From Octopus vulgaris (taxonomy: Eukaryota): DNA of 64,000 nucleotides. The notes under the pieces are model-generated. The model ran no database searches, was not told the origin of the DNA, and saw only the letters and a list, made by a program, of their open reading frames with translations. A program made the position numbers and the translations under genes. The DNA lies in the NCBI GenBank assembly GCA_951406725.2, contig OX597816.1:90520001-90584000 (forward strand), in the 5' to 3' direction. This document shows, one piece after another, positions 23,446 to 37,018 of this stretch. Position 1 is the stretch's first letter; every line of letters begins with the position of its first letter.

Positions 23446-24079
23446 CTGGAATAAAAAAAAAAGAAGACTATTAATGAAAATTATCTATAAGAAACAATGG
23501 TTATACAATTTATCTTTTCATTATCATATTTCTAAAGAAGGTGGTGAGCTGGCAGAATTGTCACCATACTGAACAAAATGCTTAGCTGCATTTTGTCTGT
23601 CTTTACATTCTGAGTTCAAATTCTACCAAAGTTGACTTTGTCTTTCATTCTTTTGGTGGGTGTTTAAACTATACAATATCCTTTCTACTATAGGCACAAC
23701 GCCTGAAATTTTTGGGTAGGAGGCTAGTCGATTACAATATCTAGAGTGCTTAACTAGTACTTCATTTATTGACCTTGAAGGGGCAAAGTCGAACTGAGCA
23801 GAATTAGATCTCAGAATGTTGAGCCAGAAAAAATGCTGCTAAGCACTTTGTCCAGTGCAATAATAGTTCTGCCAGCTTGCTACTTTAATAATAATAACAA
23901 TCCTTTTTACTATAGGTACAAGACTCACAAGTTTGGGGGTGGAGATTAGTTGATTACAGAGACCCCAGTGCTCAATTTGTTCTTGTTTCATTGACCCTGA
24001 AAGGCGGAATTTTACCATCAGACGAGGGGTTTGCCATGGGTATCCCTATGCAATTAATTTCACTAATGTAGAGCATAAA

Positions 24080-24540
24080 TGTCTTGAGAGAAAAACTAGG
24101 CATAAGAGGCATCAGATGTGGTGTGCATGAGAATTGAATGTGCCGGTATGGTCATGTGATGCATATGGATGAGGACAGATGCTGATCTCTAATTGAGGAG
24201 GGAACATGGGATGAGGTGGTGAAGCATGATCTTCAAATGGAGGTAATGACAAGTGATTGAGACCTCTGACGATATGCTGTGTGTGAGAAGACTTGTTAGG
24301 CCAAGTGAAATTGTAGTCGTGGCTGTTGCCAGTGTCATGTGAATGGTACATGTGCTGGTGGCTTTTAAAAGGCACCCAATACACTCTCGGAGTGGTTGGT
24401 GTTATGAAGCGCATCCAGCAGTAGAAATCATGCCAAATCAGACTGGAACCTGGTGCAGCCCTCTGGCTTACCAGCTCCAGTCAAACCGTTTAACAAATAC
24501 CAGCATGGAAAGCAGACGTTAAATGATGATGCTGATGATG
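24080..24540 (+). mobile_element. Short RTE 3' fragment
   Basis: LREKLGIRGIRCGV-like remnant followed by the RTE 3' core and (GAT)n. Confidence 0.75.
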
Positions 24541-25421
24541 GATGTCTTCATGACGAAATTTGAAAAACTCAGTTAGTGGAGACATTCAAATCCCTGCATG
24601 GTCATGAACCAATATTCTAGTTACAGTTCATTGATAACATCTTTTTTGTCTGGGAAAGATCATAGGACAGTTTAGTTAACTTTTTGCATTTCTGTGACTG
24701 TTATGCCAGCTTGCTACCTTTTTCTGTCATGTAATATTGAGAAAGGATTTTTCAATAATGATGTAGATCATTACTATTAAATTAGATATTTAGATTGATA
24801 GATCGATTAGATTAGGCATTTTACAAGTGGATAACCTTTCTAACACTAAGCAGTGAAAAGAAATGAGAACTGTCCATGACAGAGATTGAACTTATAATCT
24901 TTGATTCTACAATATAAACTATGTAACAGATAGTATGAAATACTATCTAGGATAGAGGAATGATAGAAATACCTGTATGGAGTGTCTCTGAACCTTTATT
25001 AAAGTTTTTAAAAAAATTGCAGAAGCAATACTAGATATCACAGTAGCCACACAACAGACATTGTGAGTTTCCTGATAGATATTGTTTTTACAAAGAGTAT
25101 ATAAGTTTTCAAAACTTGCACATACAAAGATTTACTTTAGAGAAGTGAGAAATCACTTTCCACTCTAGATTAACAATCAAATGATCAAAGTGATATCTAT
25201 TTTGTTACCCTAGTTAACAACATTGATAGTAATGATGTTTGAACGTAGGAGTTATATGCCATTGATTTTGTTTTTTGTACTGAGTGAAAGTAAACTGAGA
25301 CGATAATGTTTTACAAACTGATCTAAGACACACACGCACACTGATGGAAACACACACACACACACCATAAATGGACATTATATTGTGAAATTAAAAGTAA
25401 AGATTTGCGCACTTAACTTAC

Positions 25422-25550
25422 CCTGGAATTTTGTCTGAGATGCTTTTTTATCATTTCCTTGTATTGAACACAGAAATTCCAGCAAACTTGCCAAAACAAA
25501 ATCAGTTGATGAATTTTTGCGACTCAACATTGCCTTGGAATCGTCAACAC
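25422..25550 (-). CDS. EIF2AK1: HRI-like kinase exon 4 (N-terminal domain): VDDSKAMLSRKNSSTDFVLASLLEFLCSIQGNDKKASQTKFQ
   Basis: TTTTTCAG acceptor and GTAAGT donor; VLASLLEFL resembles the HRI N-terminal LLVSLLEHL motif. Confidence 0.9.
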
Positions 25551-25699
25551 CTGAAAAATAAATTACCCAAATGGATAGTAAAATAATATATTATGAAATT
25601 TATAGAATAAACCAGCAATTGTGAATTGGCAAATAAACCAGCAATTGTGAATTGGCAAATAAACCAAAATGTTAAACAATATTTGTTGAAGAGAAAGTT

Positions 25700-26206
25700 A
25701 GCAAGAACAGACAATATCGTCCAGTGCTGATTGATGTTTCAGATGCTGCAGTTCAATACCAAGAAGAATTATCAGAATTGCAACATGATGAATCAGTGAA
25801 GACTTTGTTTAAATTGAAAGGTACAAATATGTGGCTATGTGACAAGGTTGAAAGAAAATACCCCAACATCTCTACATCAGCAAGAGAGCTATTGATTCAT
25901 ATTCCTTCGTCTAATTTGGTTGAATGTGGATTCAGCACAGTTGACAATTTGCTAGAAGCCAAGAGAAACCGGCTTGAAATTACAAAATGTGGTGATTTAT
26001 GGCTGAAGTTAATGAAATTATCTCTTCAAATCAAGGATCTGTTCCGTATGCACCAGGCACAAAGTTCTCACTAAATGAGTCAAGGTATCCGTCAGCCAAA
26101 TAATTGAATTAAAAATTGTGTTTCTCCATTAAAAAAAAATTTTGATGGGCACCAGATTTTTTGTTATTAAAAAGTGGGGCACCGGAAAAAAGGTTGGGAA
26201 ACACTG
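25700..26206 (+). mobile_element. hAT (Buster/Charlie-like) transposon 3' fragment
   Basis: ORF 25724..26074 has a hAT dimerisation-like motif (KYP...PSS.LVECGFS...KRNRLEI...GDL); terminal AGGTTGGGAAACACTG TIR. Confidence 0.85.
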
Positions 26207-28737
26207 CTACAAAGCTTTATGAATTGGCATGCTGCTGCTATGACTTTTACCTTAAATAATGCACAAATCATTAAAAAATTCAATGAAATTAATGAGAAAA
26301 GAAACAAGCAAGTCATTTGAGCATCCTACTGACTGAACTAAGACGGTAGCTTTTGTATGTAAGGGAGAGAACTCTGTTATTGACTCGATACATTCACTGA
26401 CACCCTGCTTAAGTAAATGTAAGTTACGTAGATAGAAGAATGAATGTCTGGACAGAACACACACGCATCCAACACTGCAAAACTATGCAGTAGTTTATTT
26501 TGTGGGTCGCAGTGTTGCAGGCTGTACAAGTTATGTTTCCTTTGCTGTCCAGTCTAATCTTATATGTCTGGTATTATTGTGTGATAAAGTGTGCATCAAC
26601 AAGTCAAGCAATACTAGTTGTTTTGTATGGTATTTTACCTCTTCTGTAGATCATGTTGAAAATGTCTGTCAGTTTAAAAAAAACCTTTCCGCTTTATGTT
26701 CCTTATTCTTTTTTGTTTAATTGCTTGATGCTGATCTTTATTTCTACTGTGCAGTGAAGGCATGTTGTGAGGTTGACCCCAGTTATAATCAGGTTTGCTA
26801 TTGCAATTGTCTAAATAGGTTTGTATGTTTTCATGTTATCCCCTATAAAATGTTTTAGGTTGTTTTTACAATAATTTTGTTGAATGCATATATTGCAATG
26901 TCTATGTTATTGGTCGTGTTGTTACTTAGATCCTGATAGAATACATTTATAATCAAAAGCATACTACTTGTGACCATCCTGTCATTATTTCAAGTTGTGT
27001 ATCTAGCACTATTAGCCACTGTCTTTTTTTTTTATGACTATAAGATGTGATTGAAGGAAAATTTGGGTGCTATTTCTCATAGATCAAGCTGGCACATAGA
27101 CGTTTCCTTGGTGGCTCATATTATTATAGCTAACAAAGGCAGTGATTTGGAGAATTGTCAGAATGTCAAACAAAGAGATGCTTGGCTGAATTTCTTCTGA
27201 GTTTAAGTTCTGAATTCAAATCTGACTGAGGTCAACTTTAGCTTTCATTTCTCCAGGATCACAAAAATAAAGTACTCAAGTACTGAGGTCGATGGTATCA
27301 ACTACCTTCTCCCCTCAGAATTGCTGGCCTGCTATCGAAATTAGAAACAATTATTATTATTATTATTATGATGTTAAAAGCATTTTGTCCATCTTTACAT
27401 TCTGAGTTCAAATTCTGCCAAAGTTGATTTTGCCTTTCATCCTTTTGAGGTCAATAAAATGGGTACCAGTTGAGCAACTTATCCCTCCTTTGAAATTTCT
27501 GACCTTGTGCCAAAATTTGAAATTGTTATTATGATGTTAAAGGCAGTAGACAGACAGAATAGTGAGAGCATTGGATAGATCCTGCCTTGTGGTAATTGTT
27601 CTGGTTCTTTAAATTCTTGCATTCATTTACAAAGGCCAGCTATATCTATCAGCCTTTCAAGGTCAATACAATAAAGTACTAGCTAAGTGCTGGGGTCAGC
27701 TACTTCTAATGAACCATCTGGGATTTAAGAGGTTCAATTTCCAGTACATCTATTTCATATGAAGCTTACATTCTTAGATAATTTGCCAGTGATTCCACTA
27801 AATCACTTGTGTATTCATAGCTTATATTGAATATAGTGTAGAGAAGTCATAACTTCCTCTTTTCTACATATTGAGCAAGATCATTTCTCTGAAGGTACGA
27901 AGGTCTTCTTTCTTACAAACTAAAGCTTTCATCTTTGCCAGGTTTATCTTAAGTCCCCTCAATTCCAGGTTTAGCTTCCATAACTGAAAGATGGTAGGAT
28001 GTGATCTGAGTGAAATTTGGTTGCTATTTCTGGTGAGTGACTATATAAAAACTTCCTCATTGGTTTCTGTCCAGTATGTTCTATCTAATGACCATCAATG
28101 TTGAAATTTCCCTTATTTGACAGGCCTTCCAGCTACTCTTTGAATATCTGTTTTAGAATCGACTACTATGTATTGATTCCCTTTTTAAACAGTAGGGAAT
28201 GGCTTGAGGGAGATGTAGTTGTTGTTGCTGATGATAATAATGTTTTTGCAGGTTGATAAAATTTAACCATGCAAACTGTATGCTTATTTAAGACAGTATT
28301 ATACAGATTAGTAAGATATTGACAACAGCATGGACAACAGATCTATTAACAGATGCAGTCCATCTTTTTAATGCATAGGACTACATTCTATAATGTAACC
28401 TTTCTTTTATAACTCAATAGGGTAGGATATGAAGGAAATTTAGTTAAGTAGGATTGTATATTATAAGTGGTTAACATACTGAGTTATCCATAACAAGATA
28501 CTTAAGTTTCAGTAGTTGAGTCTACCAACCTCTAATCAGAGAGATTCTAAAAAGTAGTATAGCTTACTGTTGCAAAAAGTAAAATTGACCATCATTTCAT
28601 TAACTTTAGTGCTGAATTAAAATTATTTTTTTTGTGACAAGTATCCTTAAGACTTTTATCGTGCTCTCATAACTCAACGACATCACAGAGAAAATCATAA
28701 CCATCATTATTTTGTTAAAATATAATTACAGACTTAC

Positions 28738-28791
28738 CATCAAACTTCTTCATCTTTTTAGCATCTTCAATTTTAAACATACTTTGCCAAT
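28738..28791 (-). CDS. EIF2AK1: HRI-like kinase exon 3: (D)WQSMFKIEDAKKMKKFD
   Basis: CTTCTCTAG acceptor and G|GTAAGT donor; phase 1 to 1; contains an in-frame ATG at 28780 that could be an alternative start. Confidence 0.8.
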
Positions 28792-28964
28792 CTAGAGAAG
28801 TACCAATAAATGAATTTAAGTTTGGCAAAAGAGCATCAAAATTATTAATGGACAGAATGCGGTGAATAAATTGTTGTCTAAGTTACTCAAAAATGAAAAT
28901 AACACTATCTCATTTTAACAAATATATTTCCCAAAATTACATAAAAATATCTTGAAATACTAAA

Positions 28965-29722
28965 GAGTAAATTTATTGAATAAAATCACCATTGGCTTCA
29001 ACCACAGCCTCCAGATGACTTTAGAATCTCCTACAACTCTTCTGGATGGTCTCCTTGTTTAAGTTGGTGAATGGTGTCATAATCCTTGCCTTCAGTTCAT
29101 CTTTGGTGTTACAAGGAGTTTTGTTGGTCTCTCACTCAACTTCATCCCACACATAATAATCAAGGGGGTTGCAGTCTGGGGAGTTAGGTAACCAGATTTT
29201 AGGGGTGGTTGCAGAAAATTGTTTGACAGCCATAACTGGGTTCTGCTTGTGTGACATGGTGCAGAGTCCTGTTGCCAGACACAGGGTCATCCAGCAGCCA
29301 CCCTTTTGACCCAGGGCAGCATTACCTCCTCCAGGCACTTGATGAAGGCCTCCATGTTGAGTCTGAGGCTGTGTGGAAAGATGAATGGAGGCATAACGTT
29401 GCCATCACTAGTGATCACTTCAACCACCAAAATGTTGACTGGATGTTTGATTTTTATCACTCTCAGTACATGTCCTCAGATTGACACCCAAACACTCTGA
29501 AATGTTTGTATTGGAACTTCTGGTGTGAATGCCAAGCAGTATAGCATGTCATCTCCAAATTTGTGGCAGAGTGAATTGCATCATGGTGCTGTTTTTATCA
29601 CAGACGATGCCCAACTGACCCTATTATACTGTGTAGTTGACAAAATCAAAAACAAACAATGCAATGTGCATGTACGAAATAAAAAATATAAAATGGCAAC
29701 AGTTTACCTTTTGCACCCTGTA
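28965..29722 (-). mobile_element. Tc1/mariner-superfamily transposase relic
   Basis: WLPNSPDCNPLDYYVW motif; end TA-CAGGGTGCAAAA on the minus strand. Confidence 0.8.
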
Positions 29723-30311
29723 CAGATAATGTAGTGAGTAAGATTTAAATGAATAACACCTATAAAACAATATATTATCAAAATAAAACATCATATTGAA
29801 GTTTCAGTCAGAATTGCTATGAGTAATCTGGTGCTTTTTCCCATATTAAACAAAGATAACAGATTTATTATCTCTATGGGACACATGGTGTAATTAGATT
29901 ATTATATTGTAATCAATCTAAATCTTTTCACTCATTAGGTTTAGTTGAACAAATGGTTTTGTAAAGTTTGGTACTTATTTTATTGGTCCCTTTGATGAAC
30001 TGGGATGTAAACAAACCAACATCCTGTCTTTCCACTTCTTGTAATCTTTTCTGTATTTTTCGTCTGGTCCTACACTAAATAATTTTCTCTAATGTTCCTC
30101 TCCAGAATTGCATCCCTCATAAATTCATGACCACCAACACCACCACACATTTTTCCTAAAGATGTTCAACTTCCACATTTATTACTTGAATCTCACTAGT
30201 TTCAGAAATCCTACAAAAGTCATGGGTATTACTTCTCTTCCTCTAACTAAAAGCATATACAACACAATAAATTAACAACAAAAACCAAAATAAAATAACT
30301 AAGGTACTAAC

Positions 30312-30357
30312 CATCACTTTTCACCAGATTCAGAGGAGTAAGCTTTTTCCTTTGCAG
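30312..30357 (-). CDS. EIF2AK1: HRI-like kinase exon 2: LQRKKLTPLNLVKSD
   Basis: TTTTCAG acceptor and G|GTTAGT donor; phase 0 to 1; continuous with the next exon. Confidence 0.65.
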
Positions 30358-30689
30358 CTGAAAATGTAGACAAATAGAAAGTTAATGAATATATTTCTAA
30401 ACATTTTTACATTTCATCAGCTTATAAAAAAAAGCACCCCCACAAAAAAACAAAAAACAAACCATTCTATTCAACAAAAATAAAATTAAGTTAACAACCC
30501 AAGTGACACTGTTGATTATAGACAATAAAATATATTTTCATAATTTGAACATATGTCCTGCTTGTGTTTTGTCTAACGACATGTTATTCACTTTGAATTT
30601 TATTTGAAAATGTCATACTTGAAAATTATGAAAATATAAAAGAAATATGGACTGAGTACATTTGCTAATTAAGAGAATCTCATCTGCCT

Positions 30690-31560
30690 CTTAACCTTTA
30701 GTTCAGAAGCTCTCAGTCAGATTGGATCATTACTAGATGTGCTGATGGAACCCTCTTTAAGACTCCACATTCTTTCAACCCTTTTGTGCATCCAGTACAA
30801 CGACATATTTACAGTCACTTCCAACAATGTACTAAGCAGCTGATACCACCTTTCACTCCTTAACTTTCCTCATTCACATTAGTTATCACATGCAACCCGC
30901 ACATCCCACACTAAAACTGAGGTTCACAAGCAGAAACCTCAAAAACATTCTCCAGTGGGGTCATATCAATCTTGTTTCCTTCAACTGTACTTATGAAGGA
31001 AACACTCCTGTACTCCCACCACCCATAACCATGGACAACATAAAACTAAAGCCTTCAAAGTTGCCGCAAATGTTAAGCCTTGCAATCACTGATGATCTCT
31101 CCTGGTAGTCTAACACACACAACATAGTAAACACTGCATCTCAAAGACTGGCCTTTCGAACAATACTAAAACTTCAAATATTTGCTAGCTCTCAGGAATA
31201 TTGCTCCCACATTTGAGACGGAGCGGTTGCTGTACATACTGTCATCCTAGATTGCATCCACAGATATCCTGATTGACTGGCACATAGTCACTATAAACAT
31301 TGACCTATAGACACACTATGTTCTTACTCTGTCTTTGCTATTGTTATTACAGTGACTTCTGCTGCTTGGAGGTGACTGGTCTCATACCTTTCTCAAATAA
31401 TCCCATCTGATTCACAGTTCTGTTTTAATCTCATAAATTACATTATGAGCACTTCCTCTAGGCACCATACTCTGTCTTGTCTCTTGCAAGAATGTCAGCC
31501 ACCAGGAATACCCTCCTTGCCCATGATTTTTTTTTGCTGATGATCAGAAACATCATCTGT
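30690..31560 (+). mobile_element. Old LINE RT relic (Jockey/CR1-like)
   Basis: Degenerate WG..NLVSFN, QML.LAITDDLSW, ASQRL and EYCSHI* segments. Confidence 0.5.
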
Positions 31561-32136
31561 GTCAATTTCATTGATTTCAAAGAGACCACAAATGCCATGT
31601 GCCACAATCCCACCATTGTGACCAAAGTATATATATATAACCCCCCCACCCCCCCCAAAAAACATGGTAAATACATTGTTGTAACTTCTTTATATAGATA
31701 AGATGTAAAAAATAAATGTGGTGATATTTTTGATAGGTTTTTTGATCATCAGCAAAAGTTTCAACTTTAGTTAGTGTATTAAGAGTAAGTTAAACAGGAA
31801 GAGACTGTGTCTAGACCATTGACTATGGCTATAAACCACAATTAAGAGGATTAAGTAAAGCAATGTAGATTCACATAAATCATAAATAAGAGGATTAAGT
31901 GAAGTGGCCCAGCTTAACTGGGAATCACAGACTTGGCTTTGTGTGAGCTTTTCATCACTCTGTACTGCCTGAACTATATATCATACTAATATTTATTTAT
32001 AGATGGAGCCCCAATTAGGTAGTAAAGAAGTCTGATCTACTGCATTACACCTTGGGCAAGGTCTTTTACCAGAAAAAGCTTCTACTAAAATCATGAGCAA
32101 CTAAAATCTGGTAGATGAAGCCTATACACACATATA

Positions 32137-32237
32137 CAGTAATACCTCACTTTACGAGGACCCTCTTTACGAACTTTTATTTTTTGTTTACGAGCGTTTT
32201 TTGTAAACGAATTAACTCGTATATCGAGGTATTACTG
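32137..32237. mobile_element. Tiny Tigger/pogo-like MITE
   Basis: 12-bp perfect TIRs CAGTAATACCTC / GAGGTATTACTG, preceded by TA. Confidence 0.7.
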
Positions 32238-32774
32238 ATATCTCAGCAATTAGTAAGCAAAAAGAGAATACTTGATGTTTCAGTTGCCTCCCTTTAAGCT
32301 TGCTTAACACATAAAACGGGTTGGGCCACGATCATGACCGTTAGGCAGAGATCGACAGGCCCCGATCGTGACCTAGATAGATGCATTTAGTTTATGGGTG
32401 TTTGTTGGGGGTCTAATGTCACTCAAACGCTCTGATACCCCTCAGAATGCAAGAGAACTAATAGTTCAACTAATGACTTTTCAGATGATGTAAAACATGC
32501 CACCATTATATACCAAGAAGATATTTTAACTATTTTTTGCTTTTTTGTGCATAGCAGTCTCATTTGTATAATATGTGCTCAGCAGTCTATGCTATGTAAG
32601 TGCAAATCTCAGCACTTTATGGGTTAACTGTGCTTCTTTCTCTTTTATGGTCAATAGAATAAACTAAGTACTGGGACCACTATAATCAGCAAAAAGTGTT
32701 GCTCTAGCATGGTCTCAGTCCAATGACTAAAACAAATGTATGTCTGTGTGTGTGAGCGTGTGCATAAAATTATA

Positions 32775-32831
<57 letters not shown>

Positions 32832-32880
32832 ATGATTGTTTTAATAAATGAAAAAAAGAGAAAATTTTTGTAAAATGTAT

Positions 32881-33182
32881 GGAGCGCAATGGCCCAGTGG
32901 TTAGGGCAGTGAACTCGCAGTTGTAAGATTGTGGTTTCGATTCCCAGACTGGGCGTTGTGAGTGTTTATTGAGCGAAAACACCTAAAACTCCATGAGGCA
33001 CCCGCGGGGGGTGGTAGCGATCCCTGCTGTACTCTTTCGCCACAACTTTCTGTCACTATTTCTTGTTGGCCTGCTCGCTTAGCTAGTGGAGTGGCATCAT
33101 CTGAAGGGTAAAACAATGCAAAGCGCATTGTGACCAGCGATGTGTAGCAACATCTGATAGCCTGGTTGGTCATGGTCACGGT
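32881..33182 (+). mobile_element. tRNA-derived SINE, second family
   Basis: A box TGGCCCAGTGG and B box GTTTCGATTC in the head, followed by a non-tRNA body. Confidence 0.75.
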
Positions 33183-33286
33183 ATAGAAGTTTAAATCACC
33201 TGAGTTGAGAATAAATGTAGTTTAGACTACAATGTGACTACAAATAGTGAGTTGTTGCATAAATAGAAAATTCACAATACTAGCAT

Positions 33287-34627
33287 TCATCATCATCGTT
33301 TAACGTCCGCTTTCCATGCTAGCATGGGTTGGACGATTTGTCTGAGAACTGGCGAACAAGATGGCTGCACCAGGCTCCAATCTTGATCTCGCAGAGTTTC
33401 TACAGCTGGATGCCCTTCATAACACCAACCACTTTGAGAGTGTAATGGGTGCTTCTATGTGCCACCGGCACAAGGGCCAGTCTGGCGGTACTGGCAACAG
33501 CCACACTCGAAATGGTGTTTTTTACATGCCACCTGCACAGGAGTCAGTCCAGTGGCACTGGCAATGACCTCGCTTGAATGTTTTGTTCACGTGCCAGTAA
33601 GGTGATGCTGGTAACGATCATGCTCAAATGGTGCTTTTTACATGCCACCGGCATGGAAGCCAGACATCCGCTTGCTGTAAAATACAGTTAAAAACAGAAT
33701 ACAAAAAGCTAAAACAATAGTAATCTTTTCACATCAAAGGCAGCTGGCAGAATTATCAGTATGCTGAGTAAAATGCTTAGTGACATTTTGTCTGTCTTCT
33801 GAGTTCAAATTTTGCCTTTCATCCTTCCAGGGTTGATAAAATAAGAGCCAATTGAGTACTGGGGTTGATGTAATCAACTTATGCCCTTCACGAAAATAGC
33901 TGACTTTGTGCCAAAATCTGAAACCAATATTACTTTCCACATTCAAAATATACTATGCTGCATCTCTCCACATCATCAGACATGACTAAAATGGGCGATG
34001 ATAGGAAAGGCATAAAACACAACTATAGAAAAAAACGTCTAACTCATGTGAGCATAGAAAATTGGATGTAAAATGCTGCTGAATTCAAAATGTATCAAAT
34101 AAAAATCAGCTCAAAATGTGTGTTAATTCTCATTAGATATAATTAATTATATCCATCAAGTCATGTTACTTATGTAATATTAACACTAATTTACATTAAT
34201 TATTGTTCCTTTGTATGAATTTTCATACCATACGAGAGATCGTTGCCAGAGCAACAAGCTGGCATGTTAAAAACACCATTCGAGTGTGATTGTTACCTGC
34301 GTCGCCTTACTAGTACTTGTGCTGGTGGCATGTGAAAAAAACATTTGAGTGAGGTTGTTGCCAGTGCCGCTGGACTGGCTCCTGTGCAGGTGGCACAAAA
34401 AAGCACCATTTGAGCGTGGTCATTGCCAGTACTGCCTGACCCTCATGCCAGTGGCACATAAAAGCACCCATTACACTCTCGGAGTTGTTGGTGTTAGGAA
34501 GGGCATCCAGCTGTAGAAACTTTGTCAGATCAGATTGGAGCCTGGTGCAGCCATCTGGTTTGCCAAACCTCAGTCAAATCGTCCAACCCATGCTAGCATA
34601 GAAAGCAGACGTTAAACGATGATGATG
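33287..34627. mobile_element. Two RTE 3'-UTR fragments in opposite orientation (33287-33670 minus; 34230-34627 plus)
   Basis: (CAT)n / (GAT)n tails and mutually reverse-complementary cores. Confidence 0.8.
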
Positions 34628-35572
34628 GCGGACCAGCAAAGGATGACTAATTCCCTATATGTCCTAAGTTATACAGTTCAACTTCTGGATAAATAAGTGA
34701 TGCACTTTCTGAAGAATCAATAATAATTCCAGTATATATGGAATGAATATAGGTAAGAATGGTAATAGTTATTAGATAATGATTAGAATATTTGCTTAGT
34801 CCCTAGAAAATATATGATTTGCATCCTGTCAAAATCATTACATATTTTCTTTTGAAACACAATGCCTACACCAGTTAAAATTAACATTAAAAAACCAGAA
34901 AACTCAGAAGAAATAAATTGAACGCCAAAGAAAATCATGTTTCTACTGACAAACAGAAGGTTCTCAATACGAAACATGCTTAATTTATGACTTTGTTCTC
35001 TGATAAATGAGGATATAATGTTGTTTGCCTATTGGGGTTGTTGCTGTTTAGTTTCAGGTCAGTTGATTCAAGAAACTTAGGATTAAAAGCATTCCAACAA
35101 TGACCATCCTGTCTTTTTCAATCAACTATTATGTCTCTGATATTACAGTAGCCATTGTAGTTTTATATCTGATCCTTTTTTAAAAGGGTAGGAGTGATTT
35201 AAAGGGAAAATTGGTAATTATTTCTAGTATTACATGCAGTGAACATATTGATGTTCCTTAGATTGCTTCAGTGTTTCTAATGACAATCAAGCTAATGAGG
35301 GAGACTTGGTTGCTTGACCTACAACAAGAGCAACCAAATCTCTTTCAAATCACACCCTATAGTCTTAGTAAAGGAGACATTGAGTGATGTGGTTCTGGCT
35401 CCATTGTGCCTTTGAGAAAGATGGGATGCTAACAAGTGCAATGCCTGATCGTATGCTCAATTAAGTCTGACCAATGGCTAAACAATATTATTGATAAATA
35501 TTGACCAGCATAGATATATGTAATATGTACACAGTGCAGCTGCGTGGTTAAGAAGTTTACTCCCCATCCATA

Positions 35573-35942
35573 GGCGCAGGAGTGGCTGTGTGGTAAGTAG
35601 CTTGTTTACCAACTACATGGTTCCAGGTTCAGTCCCACTGTGTGGCACCTTGGGCAAGTGTCTTCTCCTATAGCCTCGGGCCGACCAAAGCCTTGTGAGT
35701 GGATTTGCTAGTCGGAAACTGAAAGAAGCCCGTCGTATATATATATGTGTGTGCGTGTATGTTTGTGTGTCTGTGTTTGTCCCCCTAGCATTGCTTGACA
35801 ACCGATGCTGGTGTGTTTATGTCCCCGTAACTTAGTATTGGGCTTACAAAGAATAAGTCCTGGGGTCGAGTTACTCGATTAAAGGCGGTGCTCCAGCATG
35901 GCCGCAGTCAAATGACTGAAACAAGTAAAAGAGTAAAGAGAG
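35573..35942 (+). mobile_element. tRNA-derived SINE, well-preserved copy
   Basis: GGCGCAGGAGTGGCTGTGTGGTAAG head through the GAAACAAGTAAAAGAG tail. Confidence 0.85.
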
Positions 35943-36973
35943 TATATGGTTTTGAGTCCAGTCCAGTTGCATGGCACCATGGGTAAGTGTCTTCTACAGT
36001 CACCACAGGCTACAAACCAAAGACTTGTGAGTGAATTTCGTAGATGGAAACTGAAAGAAGCCTGTCACACACACATATGTATATATGTGTGTATGTTTGT
36101 GTTTCCTTGTCTTGGCATCATGCAATAATTCTAAGTGAGTGTCATTGCCACACAAGTAGTGCCATTAATTTTCAATGTTTTGTGAAACACATCTAGTCAC
36201 AAGGAAATATTACCTTGCTTGGAAACAGGTAAGGGCGGGCAACAGCAAGGACATCCAGCTGTAAAAAAGATATGCCTTAATCAGCTCTGACACATGAAAG
36301 AATAGAAAAGTGGATGTGTAAACAATGATGGTGATAATAAGAATGGCTCTGTAAGTTTAAGGATAATTTACTATCTTATTAATTTTAAATTATTTTTAGT
36401 CTTGGGCCAAAATAAGTTTTAAGGTTAAAATAACCTCAAGAACTTGCAACAGCAACAAATAAAAAAGTTGTGAAATCTACCTAATTGGGTGGATTTTGGT
36501 ATTTTTCAGCTTCTTTGCATGCTCCAGACAAACTGGTCATTTATCATTCAATCTTTCAATATCCAGAAAAAATCATCTACAACTCTAGGAGTTTTAGCAT
36601 AAGAAAATTTCTTTAATTCTTTAATTCTTCTCTTTGAATAAAGTTTAAAATAACCACATATATATATATATATAATAGACTATCCAGACGAAGACGACGT
36701 ATGAGTTTTCAGCTTTTGTCGAACGACCTGCACAAATGGTTTGTTTATAGTGATCAACTGTTCATGTTGCACATTAGCTCACTCTCTCCATCAAATTGAC
36801 GTTGTCTGAAGAGGTGCACTGTGTATTACACATCAGGTGTTGATGTGATCGGAGAGCAACGTGAGATGAAGTGTATTGCTCAAGAACACAACGCACCACT
36901 CGGTCTAGGAATTGAAGTCCTGATCGCTAGATCATGAGTAGAACATTATAACTACAAGGCCATGCGCCCTCTT

Positions 36974-37018
<45 letters not shown>

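Noticed and set aside
25606-25666. 26-bp tandem repeat (about 2.3 copies) near the exon 4 acceptor
   Set aside because: A simple local duplication at the edge of the hAT relic; no evidence of function.
32881-32955. tRNA gene
   Set aside because: A and B boxes are present, but there is no clean cloverleaf and the sequence runs into a SINE body.
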